64,000 nucleotides of DNA from Eubacteriales bacterium (GTDB lineage Bacteria; Bacillota; Clostridia; Oscillospirales; RGIG5299): positions 16,257 to 80,256 of the forward strand of contig JAZNEJ010000018.1 of assembly GCA_045588575.1 (NCBI GenBank), written 5' to 3'. This document shows, in pieces, positions 39,469-47,165 of the stretch. The number at the start of each line of letters is the position of its first letter. Positions within the stretch are counted from its first letter, which is position 1. The translations under genes were made by a program, and so were the position numbers. Under the pieces are notes generated by a model that was given only the letters and a program-made list of their open reading frames with translations, did no database searches and had not been told where the DNA came from.

Positions 39469-39497
39469 ATTATAGCAAATAAAAATGATAATGTCAA
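39469..39497 (-). promoter_or_regulatory. Perfect consensus sigma-A promoter with extended -10 (TTGACA-17-TGcTATAAT)
   Basis: On the minus strand, TTGACA at 39497-39492, a 17-nt spacer, TG at 39477-39476, and TATAAT at 39474-39469. Confidence 0.65.
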
Positions 39498-39621
39498 TAA
39501 TATTTTTTAAAAAAGTATAAAAAAATTATTATTTTTGCACAAAGAAATAAGAGAAACAGAAAAGAGTCATAAAAAAGCTCAAAACAAAATATATTTTTGT
39601 AGAAATAAAAAAGCATGAGAG

Positions 39622-41160
39622 GTGTTTCAGTTGGAGATACAAGGAAAAAACATAATAATTGGCGAAACAGTGGCGGATATGGTGTCCGAAAAAACTCTTG
39701 AAGGCGAGATAATAATTCCCGATTATTTAACAGATGCGGTTAGGGTAATAAAAACCGAATGCTCTCCCAGAATAATATCTAAAAGGAAAAGCGAAGATAA
39801 GATTTGCATCGATGTTGCTGCCGACGTAAGAATTTGGTATTATTCCGAAGAGGGAAAGGTAGCTCTCATTTTAAGAACGGAGAACTACACCGAAGAGTTT
39901 AATATAAAGGAATGTCAAAGCTCAATTTGCTTGAGAACGGCAACAAAAACGGAATATGCAAACGGGGGTACGATAAATTCCCGCAAATTAAGCTATAAAG
40001 TGGTAGTTTCAACTTCGGTAAGATGCTATTTCAGAAAAGAAACCAAAATAGTAACCGATGAACAGGCGGCTTGCATGGAATGCGAGCAAACAACTTTTTC
40101 GTTTGGCACTATGGCTGCGGCAACCGAGAAAAATATATCTGTTTCCGACGTTATAGAGGTAATGAGCGGTAAAGGAGAAATAAAGGAAATTTTAAAAAGT
40201 GAGGCAGTGGTTTATACCGGAGATATGAAGCCCATAAATAATAAAATAATAATGAGAGGGCACGTTGATGTAAAAATACTTTATATAAGCGTTGAAGGAA
40301 AAATCGAAACTGTGAGAGCTGAAATTCCGTTTACACAAATTATTGATATAGACGGAATGGACGAAGAATGTATTGCAGACCTTCGTTACACGGTAAACGG
40401 CATAACAGCAACCCCGAAAACCGATGAAAACGGTTTAATGAAGCATATAACCGTTGACGTTGAGCTTTTGGTTTTGGCAAGAGGCTATAAAAACAGTGAA
40501 TATACCGTTTCCTCAGACGCTTATTCTATGGCTTATAAATGTGAGCTTGAATTAAATGAAGTGGAAGCGGAACATTTTGATGGCAAGTATAATGCCTTGA
40601 CAACCGAAAGAGGAACTATTGAAAGCTCCGATACCATTATCTCGGTAAGCGACGTAAGCGCAACTGTTTACACAACCGGAATATTAAGAGAAAACGGTGT
40701 TATAAAAGTTAAATGTGCGGTGAATTGCACTGCACTTGCCGAAAATTCCAATAAAGAGCCCATAGTTTTGAATAAACGCTTTGAAACGGTAAGCGAGCTT
40801 GAAATTAAATCCGATGCAAAATCGGTAAGAGTGGACCCGGATGCAAAGATTTCTTCTATAAGCTACTCAATTTCGGGTGATAACAGAATAGATATTAAAT
40901 ACGATATTAACGTTGACGCCTTGGTTTTTTCGAGCATAAGGGGCGAAATCGTTTCTGCGGCTAAAATAGATGAAAGCGCAAAAATAGAACGCAAAAATTC
41001 ATCACCGTTGGTTATTTATTACGCTAAAAAAGGCGATAAGATTTTTAATATAGCAAAGGCTTACCGCACCTCGAGCAGAGCAATAAGCGAAGCAAATTCG
41101 TTAACCGAATCGGTTTTAAGCGAAGACAAAACAATAATAATCCCGATAATAAAGGCATAG
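39622..41160 (+). CDS. SipL/SpoVID-like spore-coat morphogenetic protein (DUF3794/SPOCS repeats + C-terminal LysM)
   Basis: 512 aa with repeated beta-rich modules and a C-terminal LysM (VIYYAKKGDKIFNIAKAYRTSSRAISEANSL). It ends 12 nt upstream of spoIVA. The start is uncertain (GTG 39622 or TTG 39631). Confidence 0.6.
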   Translation: MFQLEIQGKNIIIGETVADMVSEKTLEGEIIIPDYLTDAVRVIKTECSPRIISKRKSEDKICIDVAADVRIWYYSEEGKVALILRTENYTEEFNIKECQSSICLRTATKTEYANGGTINSRKLSYKVVVSTSVRCYFRKETKIVTDEQAACMECEQTTFSFGTMAAATEKNISVSDVIEVMSGKGEIKEILKSEAVVYTGDMKPINNKIIMRGHVDVKILYISVEGKIETVRAEIPFTQIIDIDGMDEECIADLRYTVNGITATPKTDENGLMKHITVDVELLVLARGYKNSEYTVSSDAYSMAYKCELELNEVEAEHFDGKYNALTTERGTIESSDTIISVSDVSATVYTTGILRENGVIKVKCAVNCTALAENSNKEPIVLNKRFETVSELEIKSDAKSVRVDPDAKISSISYSISGDNRIDIKYDINVDALVFSSIRGEIVSAAKIDESAKIERKNSSPLVIYYAKKGDKIFNIAKAYRTSSRAISEANSLTESVLSEDKTIIIPIIKA

Positions 41161-41172
41161 GGGGCAACTGAA

Positions 41173-42645
41173 ATGGAAAACATATATAAAGATATAGCTG
41201 TTCGCACCGACGGCGACATATATATAGGAATAGTCGGCCCCGTAAGAACGGGAAAATCAACTTTTATTAAAAAGTTTATGGAAACTCTTGTTTTGCCAAA
41301 TATAGAAAACAACTATACCAGAACGCGTGCAACAGACGAGCTTCCGCAAAGCGCCGCAGGCAGAACGATTATGACAACCGAGCCGAAATTCGTGCCTAAC
41401 GAAGCGGTTGAGGTAACGTTGGAAAACAACGCAAAAATGAGAGTGAGAATGATAGATTGCGTTGGATATATTGTTCCGAGTGCTTTGGGTTATATAGAAA
41501 ACGAAACGCCGAGAATGGTGAGAACTCCGTGGTTTGAAGAGGAAATACCGTTTAATATGGCGGCGGAAATAGGAACGCAAAAGGTTATAAACGAGCATTC
41601 CACCATAGGCGTTTTAATAACTACCGACGGCTCTATAGGCGAACTCCCCAGACGCGAATACATAGAGGCAGAGCAAAGAGTTGTTGCGGAATTAAAAGAA
41701 ATTAAAAAGCCGTTTGTAGTGGTTTTGAATACGGTTGACCCTCAAAATCAGGAAACGATTCAGCTTGCAAAAAATATGCAGGATGAATATGGCGTAAGAG
41801 TAATACCGTTAAACTGCCTTAATTTAAACGAAGAAATGATAAAGGTTGTTTTGCAAAGCGTTTTGTTTGAATTCCCAATCAACGAGATATCTATAAATAT
41901 GCCGTCGTGGATAAACGGACTGGCAATTGAACATTGGCTTAAAAGCTCGGTTTTCGGCACGGTTTTGGAGGCTGCCTCTGAAATTTCAAGGGTAAGTCAG
42001 CTTAACGTAATGCGAAATGTTATTGCAACCAATGAGAATATAATATCTACCGAAATAGAAAATGTAGACCTCGGAAGCGGAAACATAACCTTAAAGCTCG
42101 TTTTAAAGGAAGAACTTTTCTATAAAACGATTTGTGAAATGACGGGAATGGAGCTTTCGGATGAAAGCGACCTTATGAAGACGGTAATAGAGCTTGCGGC
42201 TGCAAAGAAACAGTATGACAGAGTAAGCGAAGCTCTTGCACAGGCAAACGATACGGGTTACGGAATAGTTGTTCCCGGAATGGAAGAATTAACGCTTGAA
42301 GAGCCTGAAATGGTGCGTCAAGGCGGAAAATACGGCGTAAGACTTAAAGCCTCCGCTCCGTCGTATCACATAATAAAAGCGGATATCGAAACCGAGGTAA
42401 GTCCCATAGTGGGAAGCGAAAGACAGTCGGAAGATTTGGTTAGATATTTACTTACTGAGTTTGAAGAGGACCCGAAGCAAATATGGGATTCCAATATATT
42501 CGGAAAATCGCTTCACGAACTTGTAAACGAGGGCCTTCATACCAAGCTTTCAAAAATGCCCGAGGATGCAAGAGATAAGATAAGAGAAACTCTTGAGAGA
42601 ATAATAAACGAGGGAAGCGGCGGCTTAATTTGCATAATATTATAA
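41173..42645 (+). CDS. spoIVA: Stage IV sporulation protein A
   Basis: 490 aa. The N-terminus DIAVRTDGDIYIGIVGPVRTGKSTFIKKFM contains the Walker A motif, and similarity to SpoIVA extends over the full length. Confidence 0.95.
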   Translation: MENIYKDIAVRTDGDIYIGIVGPVRTGKSTFIKKFMETLVLPNIENNYTRTRATDELPQSAAGRTIMTTEPKFVPNEAVEVTLENNAKMRVRMIDCVGYIVPSALGYIENETPRMVRTPWFEEEIPFNMAAEIGTQKVINEHSTIGVLITTDGSIGELPRREYIEAEQRVVAELKEIKKPFVVVLNTVDPQNQETIQLAKNMQDEYGVRVIPLNCLNLNEEMIKVVLQSVLFEFPINEISINMPSWINGLAIEHWLKSSVFGTVLEAASEISRVSQLNVMRNVIATNENIISTEIENVDLGSGNITLKLVLKEELFYKTICEMTGMELSDESDLMKTVIELAAAKKQYDRVSEALAQANDTGYGIVVPGMEELTLEEPEMVRQGGKYGVRLKASAPSYHIIKADIETEVSPIVGSERQSEDLVRYLLTEFEEDPKQIWDSNIFGKSLHELVNEGLHTKLSKMPEDARDKIRETLERIINEGSGGLICIIL

Positions 42646-42667
42646 TAGAATAAATTATAAATAAAAA

Positions 42668-42689
42668 AGCCTTGAAGTAAGGCTTTTTT
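42668..42689 (+). terminator. Intrinsic terminator of spoIVA
   Basis: AGCCTT-gaagt-AAGGCT followed by T6. Confidence 0.7.
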
Positions 42690-42714
42690 GTTTTAATATT
42701 TTAATAAAAAATGC

Positions 42715-42743
42715 TTGACAAAATCAAATTATCGTGCTATCAT
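42715..42743 (+). promoter_or_regulatory. Sigma-A promoter (TTGACA-17-TGcTATCAT)
   Basis: TTGACA at 42715-42720, a 17-nt spacer, and TATCAT at 42738-42743 preceded by a TG motif. Confidence 0.55.
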
Positions 42744-42787
42744 ATTATCACACTAAAGTGAAAACAAAATGAAACGAGGAAAATAAA

Positions 42788-43618
42788 ATGAAAAAAATCA
42801 CAAAAATTCTTGCTCTCGTCGTTGCAGTCTCTCTTTTCGCTCTTTGCTTTGCAGGCTGCACAACACCTCAAAAGGACACTCTTATTTGCGGTGTTACCAT
42901 CTACGAAGACTTTAACGAAAAAGATGCGGAAGGCAATTGGATTGGCTTTGAATGCGATTTCGCAAGAGCAGTCGGTGAAATTATCGGCATGAACGTTGAG
43001 TTCCAGGAAATTGACTGGGGCAAAAAATACGATGAACTTAATTCCGGCGCAATTACTTGTATTTGGAACGCTTTCACCGCAAACTCAACCGATAAAGTAA
43101 CTCTTCCCGGTTCTTCAACACCTGTTGAAATAAAAAGAAGCGAGCTCGTTGATTTTACCTACGGTTATATGTTAAATCAGCAGTGCATCGTTGTTAAGGC
43201 TTCTGAAGTTGATAACTATAAAACCACGGCAGACCTTGCAGGCAAAACCGCATGCGCAGAGCAGGGAAGCGCAGGTTACAGCACCGCAGCAGAATATACC
43301 GATGAAGACAACATTTCCACTACCCCTGCACAGATTAACGCATTCACCGAGGTTAAGTCGGGCGCAGTTCAGTTTATAGTTGTTGATATTCTTCTTGCAC
43401 AAAGACTTTGCGGTCAGGGCGACTTTGCAGACCTTGCAATTGCCGAAGACATTGTTCTCGACAGCGAAATCTACGCTATCGGCTTCAAAAAGGATAGCCC
43501 TCTCACTGCTAAAGTAAACGCAGCTATTAAACAACTTGAAGAAAACGGCAAACTTATGGAAATTGCAACCAGATGGGGTCTTGAAAACGTTCTTCAGGTT
43601 TCTGAAACCATTGAATAA
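42788..43618 (+). CDS. Amino-acid ABC transporter substrate-binding lipoprotein
   Basis: 276 aa with lipobox FAGC and a family-3 SBP layout. It is followed by the permease and ATPase genes. Confidence 0.88.
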   Translation: MKKITKILALVVAVSLFALCFAGCTTPQKDTLICGVTIYEDFNEKDAEGNWIGFECDFARAVGEIIGMNVEFQEIDWGKKYDELNSGAITCIWNAFTANSTDKVTLPGSSTPVEIKRSELVDFTYGYMLNQQCIVVKASEVDNYKTTADLAGKTACAEQGSAGYSTAAEYTDEDNISTTPAQINAFTEVKSGAVQFIVVDILLAQRLCGQGDFADLAIAEDIVLDSEIYAIGFKKDSPLTAKVNAAIKQLEENGKLMEIATRWGLENVLQVSETIE

Positions 43619-43644
43619 TAAAAACTAAAGGAAAACAATATATT

Positions 43645-44289
43645 ATGGGCTTTGTTGAAGTTACACTGGCTTTGCTGGAAGGATTCAAAACGACCTGTGC
43701 TATTTTTGCGCTGACACTTGTGTTAGCGCTTCCTTTAGGTTTATTGATATCTTTTGCATCAATGTCTAAATTTAAGCCACTCGCTTGGATAACAAAAATA
43801 TTTATTTGGGTAATACGCGGCGTGCCGCTTATGCTTCAGGTAATTATAGTTTTCTATGTTCCCGGATTTTTGTTCGGAACGCCCTTGTTTACGAGATTTG
43901 CATCTGTTATTGCAGCTTTTGCAATAAACTACGCTTGCTATTTTTCCGAAATATATCGCGGCGGCATAGAAAGCATTTCTAAAGGTCAGCGTGAGGCAGG
44001 AGAGGTTTTAGGTCTTACAAAAGGCCAAATTTTCTCCAAAATAATTCTTCTTCAGGTTATAAAAAGAATAATTCCTCCTATGGCAAACGAGATAATTACC
44101 CTTGTTAAAGATACGGCTCTTGCAAGAGTTGTTCTTGTTGCGGAAATTATAAAAAACGCCGAGATTTTTACGTCATACGGACTTATTTGGCCGCTTTTCT
44201 ATTCCGCAGTATTCTATCTCGTTTTCGTTGGAGCCCTCACACTTTTGTTCGGCTTCATCGAGAAAAAGCTTTCATATTTCAAGGCTTAA
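43645..44289 (+). CDS. Amino-acid ABC transporter permease (His/Glu/Gln/Arg/opine family)
   Basis: 214 aa with five TMs and the EAA-like loop GQREAGEVLGLTKGQIF. Confidence 0.9.
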   Translation: MGFVEVTLALLEGFKTTCAIFALTLVLALPLGLLISFASMSKFKPLAWITKIFIWVIRGVPLMLQVIIVFYVPGFLFGTPLFTRFASVIAAFAINYACYFSEIYRGGIESISKGQREAGEVLGLTKGQIFSKIILLQVIKRIIPPMANEIITLVKDTALARVVLVAEIIKNAEIFTSYGLIWPLFYSAVFYLVFVGALTLLFGFIEKKLSYFKA

Positions 44290-44301
44290 GGAGGTTAAGT
44301 T

Positions 44302-45054
44302 ATGTCGTTACTTGAAGTAAGCGGTCTTTATAAGAACTTTGGGAAAACAAAGGTATTAAAGGGAATAGACTTTACACTTGAAAAGGGTGAAGTGCTTTCT
44401 ATAATCGGCTCGTCGGGAAGCGGAAAAACAACGCTTTTAAGATGTCTTAATTCTCTTGAATTTGCCGATAAAGGAACTATTTTGCTTAACGGTAAAACCA
44501 TCTTTGATGCTTCCGAAACGGGCAAAATAAACGATGCAATTCTTCGTGAAAGACGTTTGCATTTCGGTTTGGTTTTCCAATCGTTTAACCTTTTTCCTCA
44601 ATATACCGCTTTCGAAAATATAGTTCTTGCCCCTAAGCTTCTTAAAAAAGGAACAGAAGAAGAAATAAATGCAAAAGCCAAAGAGCTTATAGAAAAGGTT
44701 GGTTTAACGGGTAAAGAAAAAAATTATCCCTGTGAGCTTTCCGGCGGACAGCAGCAGCGTGTTGCAATAGCAAGAGCGCTTGCTTTAAATCCCGAAATAC
44801 TTTGCTTTGACGAGCCTACGTCGGCGCTCGACCCTGAGCTTACCGGTGAGGTTTTGAAGGTAATTCGTTCACTTGTAAGCCATGATATGACCATGATAGT
44901 GGTAACTCACGAAATGGCTTTTGCAAGAGACGTTTCAAGCAGAGTAATCTTTATGGATGACGGTGTAATTGCCGAAGCGGGTACTCCGGCTGAAATCTTC
45001 AACCATCCCAAAAGTGAAAGACTTAAAACGTTTTTGGCATCATTTAATAAATAA
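44302..45054 (+). CDS. Amino-acid ABC transporter ATP-binding protein (GlnQ-like)
   Basis: 250 aa with Walker [10 protein letters not shown], signature [15 protein letters not shown] and Walker [13 protein letters not shown]. Confidence 0.95.
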   Translation: MSLLEVSGLYKNFGKTKVLKGIDFTLEKGEVLSIIGSSGSGKTTLLRCLNSLEFADKGTILLNGKTIFDASETGKINDAILRERRLHFGLVFQSFNLFPQYTAFENIVLAPKLLKKGTEEEINAKAKELIEKVGLTGKEKNYPCELSGGQQQRVAIARALALNPEILCFDEPTSALDPELTGEVLKVIRSLVSHDMTMIVVTHEMAFARDVSSRVIFMDDGVIAEAGTPAEIFNHPKSERLKTFLASFNK

Positions 45055-45060
45055 AATCAA

Positions 45061-45090
45061 ACAGTTCGCAATTTTGCGAACTGTTTTTTA
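45061..45090 (+). terminator. Intrinsic terminator (between convergent genes)
   Basis: ACAGTTCGCA-attt-TGCGAACTGT followed by T6. It overlaps the stop of the minus-strand CDF gene. Confidence 0.75.
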
Positions 45091-45987
45091 ATGCGGCACC
45101 GTTTCAACGGTTATGCCTTTAATTATTGAAACCTCTTCTTTAATTTCCTTTTTGATTTTTTCGGTAATATTATAGACGTCTTTAAAAGAAAATGTTGAGC
45201 TGATTGCTATTTTTAAATCAACATAGCCTTTATTACCGAATTTTCTTGTGCGAAATGAAATAATTTCTTCTATATTTGCGTTTTTTGAAATGATTTCTTT
45301 TATTTTTTCTTGATAACGGTTTTCTAAAGAGGAATCAATCATATCTCTTAAAGCGATTACAAGAAAATCAAATCCTATTTTAATAATAAAAACGGAAACG
45401 GTTAAGCAGGCTACAAAATCGGCTTTCGGAAACCCTAGCATAGCTCCTATTATTCCAATAAAAGAAGCAACGGAAGAAAGCGCGTCGGAACGGTGATGCC
45501 AAGCGTCTGCCAAAAAAGCGGACGAGTTGATTTTTTTGGCGTAATATTTGGTGTAATGGTACATTGCTTCTTTTACAATTATTGAAATTCCTGCGGCAAT
45601 TAAGGCTATTAAACCGGGTTTTTTAATAGTTTCGCAAGAATTTATTAAAAGGCTTAAAACGGCTGTTTTTGATATTTCAAATCCGGTTATCAGTAGGATA
45701 GCGCCTAAAAAAATCAAGGCTACCGATTCAAACCGTTCATAGCCGTAAGGATGTTTTAAATCGTTTTCTTTTTTTGAAAGCTTAACCCCGAAAAAAGCAA
45801 TAACGGTTGTTAAGAGGTCGGAAAGAGAATGAATTGCATCGGAAACCATAGAGGAGGAGTTTCCCGAAAATCCTGCGAATAGTTTAAAAACTGTTAAAAT
45901 AAAATTGCCTAAAATGCTTGCTGCGGACATTTTTTTAATAGCGGATTTTTCATAGTCTTTATGAAAATCCGCTTTTGTTTTTTTCAT
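45088..45987 (-). CDS. Cation diffusion facilitator (CDF) family metal efflux transporter
   Basis: 299 aa with six TMs, HSLSD and HHRSDALSS metal-site motifs, and a C-terminal cytoplasmic domain. Confidence 0.9.
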   Translation of the reverse strand: MKKTKADFHKDYEKSAIKKMSAASILGNFILTVFKLFAGFSGNSSSMVSDAIHSLSDLLTTVIAFFGVKLSKKENDLKHPYGYERFESVALIFLGAILLITGFEISKTAVLSLLINSCETIKKPGLIALIAAGISIIVKEAMYHYTKYYAKKINSSAFLADAWHHRSDALSSVASFIGIIGAMLGFPKADFVACLTVSVFIIKIGFDFLVIALRDMIDSSLENRYQEKIKEIISKNANIEEIISFRTRKFGNKGYVDLKIAISSTFSFKDVYNITEKIKKEIKEEVSIIKGITVETVPH

Positions 45988-46012
45988 AAAAACCTCCTTT
46001 GAAACGGGGTAG

Positions 46013-46052
46013 AAAAAAGCATCTGCGGAACTTAATGCTGTCCCGCAGATGC
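46013..46052 (-). terminator. Leader terminator upstream of CDF gene
   Basis: Minus strand reads GCATCTGCGG-14 nt-CCGCAGATGC (10 bp perfect) followed by U6. It ends about 25 nt before the CDF start codon. Confidence 0.7.
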
Positions 46053-46110
46053 TGTAAAAAGCTCTGCTGTCATTCGAGATGACCCGGCTATATGCCTGTT
46101 CAGATTGGTA
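46013..46110 (-). promoter_or_regulatory. Candidate metal-responsive riboswitch/attenuator leader (possibly czcD/NiCo-like)
   Basis: Upstream GCAGA can pair with TCTGC of the terminator 5' arm, giving an antiterminator. There are small hairpins GGC-auaua-GCC and GUCAU-cucga-AUGAC. ACAGG, CCGGGUC and GCGGGAC elements are reminiscent of NiCo conserved blocks. Class assignment is from memory only. Confidence 0.35.
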
Positions 46111-46171
46111 TTAATTTGTAAATGGAACTCTACACTTTATGATATGCTGATATTTGCAAAAAGGTGAGAAT

Positions 46172-46212
46172 AAAAAAACAGAGTGTTCATAACGGTTGTT
46201 ATGAACACTCTG
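46172..46212 (-). terminator. Intrinsic terminator of tRNA-Pro
   Basis: A 15-bp perfect stem, CAGAGTGTTCATAAC-4 nt-GTTATGAACACTCTG, followed by U7 on the minus strand, 3 nt after the tRNA 3' end. Confidence 0.85.
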
Positions 46213-46214
46213 CG

Positions 46215-46291
46215 TGGTCCGAGTGACAGGAGTCGAACCTGCGGCCTCTTGAACCCCATTCAAGCGCGCTACCAAGCTGCGCTACACCCGG
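46215..46291 (-). tRNA. tRNA-Pro (anticodon GGG), CCA encoded
   Basis: Cloverleaf folded by hand. Acceptor CCGGGUG/CACUCGG, D-arm GCGC-AGCUUGGUA-GCGC, anticodon arm CUUGA-AUGGGGU-UCAAG, T-arm GCAGG-UUCGACU-CCUGU, discriminator A plus CCA. Confidence 0.9.
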
Positions 46292-46321
46292 AAATTTAAG
46301 GGGTAATTTTTAATACCACAG

Positions 46322-46350
46322 TATTGTAACTCAAAACAATCAAAAAGTCA
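46322..46350 (-). promoter_or_regulatory. Sigma-A promoter of tRNA-Pro (TTGACT-17-TACAAT)
   Basis: On the minus strand, TTGACT at 46350-46345, a 17-nt spacer, and TACAAT at 46327-46322. Confidence 0.55.
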
Positions 46351-46506
46351 AGCGAAAATAAAGAAAAAAATAAAATATTTTCTTTTTGTAAAAAATAAGG
46401 TTATATCTCTTGTAAAAGGTAAAATTTATATTTAAAGTTGCACAAAACGATTTTTTGTGGTAAACTTAAAATAATAATTCTTATAATAAGAAAACGGGGT
46501 GTAAAT

Positions 46507-47019
46507 ATGTCGCTCAGAGGTTTGATAATCGGTCCGGATGAAAATGACTATTTAAAGCACAGAGCAAAATATTTTAAAAGCAAGACAAAGCTTTTCAAAA
46601 AGTGGCACAGCGTTATGTGCAGCAAAATACTTTATAAAAATAACGCCTCAATTGAGCTTTGCACTAAAATAAAAGGTAAAATAAATTTTCCGCACGGACT
46701 TAACGGAATTTTAATTTCCGCAGGCGCTGAAATCGGTGATAACTGCACTGTTTTTCATCAGGTAACAATTGGCTCGAATACAGCAAAGGGCAGTAAAAAG
46801 CAGGGAAGTCCAAAAATTGGCGATAACGTTTATATAGGTGCGGGCGCAAAAATTATCGGAGGAATAACTGTTGGAAATAACGTCAGAATAGGCGCTAATT
46901 GCACTGTTTTTGAAGACGTTCCCGATAATGCTACCGTTGTGCTTGAAAAACCCCGTGTTATAATTCACGAACAAGCAAGAGACAATACCTTTACCCCTTT
47001 TCGAAATTTCGAAAAATAA
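46507..47019 (+). CDS. Hexapeptide-repeat acyltransferase (serine O-acetyltransferase-like)
   Basis: The track ORF starts at 46438. I prefer the ATG at 46507 (MSLRGLI...). LbH repeats are GAEIGDNCTVFHQVTIG and IGDNVYIGAGAKIIGGITVGNNVRIGANCTV. Confidence 0.7.
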   Translation: MSLRGLIIGPDENDYLKHRAKYFKSKTKLFKKWHSVMCSKILYKNNASIELCTKIKGKINFPHGLNGILISAGAEIGDNCTVFHQVTIGSNTAKGSKKQGSPKIGDNVYIGAGAKIIGGITVGNNVRIGANCTVFEDVPDNATVVLEKPRVIIHEQARDNTFTPFRNFEK

Positions 47020-47112
47020 ATAAAAAAATAAAAAAGAAAAAGAAAAATTTCATACAAATTTACATATTGAAAAATAGTTGAAATAAGTATATTATATATA
47101 ATAACAGCAGGA

Positions 47113-47147
47113 GTGCTGCCGACGTTTTAAAGGGCGGCACTTTTCTT
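47113..47147 (+). promoter_or_regulatory. Terminator-like hairpin in glutamine synthetase leader (possible attenuator)
   Basis: GTGCTGCC-12 nt-GGCGGCAC (8 bp, one G-U) followed by TTTTCTT. It lies between the candidate promoter TTGAAA-17-TATTAT (47067-47095) and the RBS GGAGGG (47152). Confidence 0.35.
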
Positions 47148-47165
47148 ATACGGAGGGAAGTTTAA

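Noticed and set aside
46172-46506. tRNA-Pro as an integration hotspot or island boundary.
   Set aside because: There is no integrase, no direct repeat of the tRNA 3' end that I could find nearby, and the flanking genes are ordinary housekeeping genes. The tRNA has its own promoter and terminator and appears to be a simple monocistronic gene.
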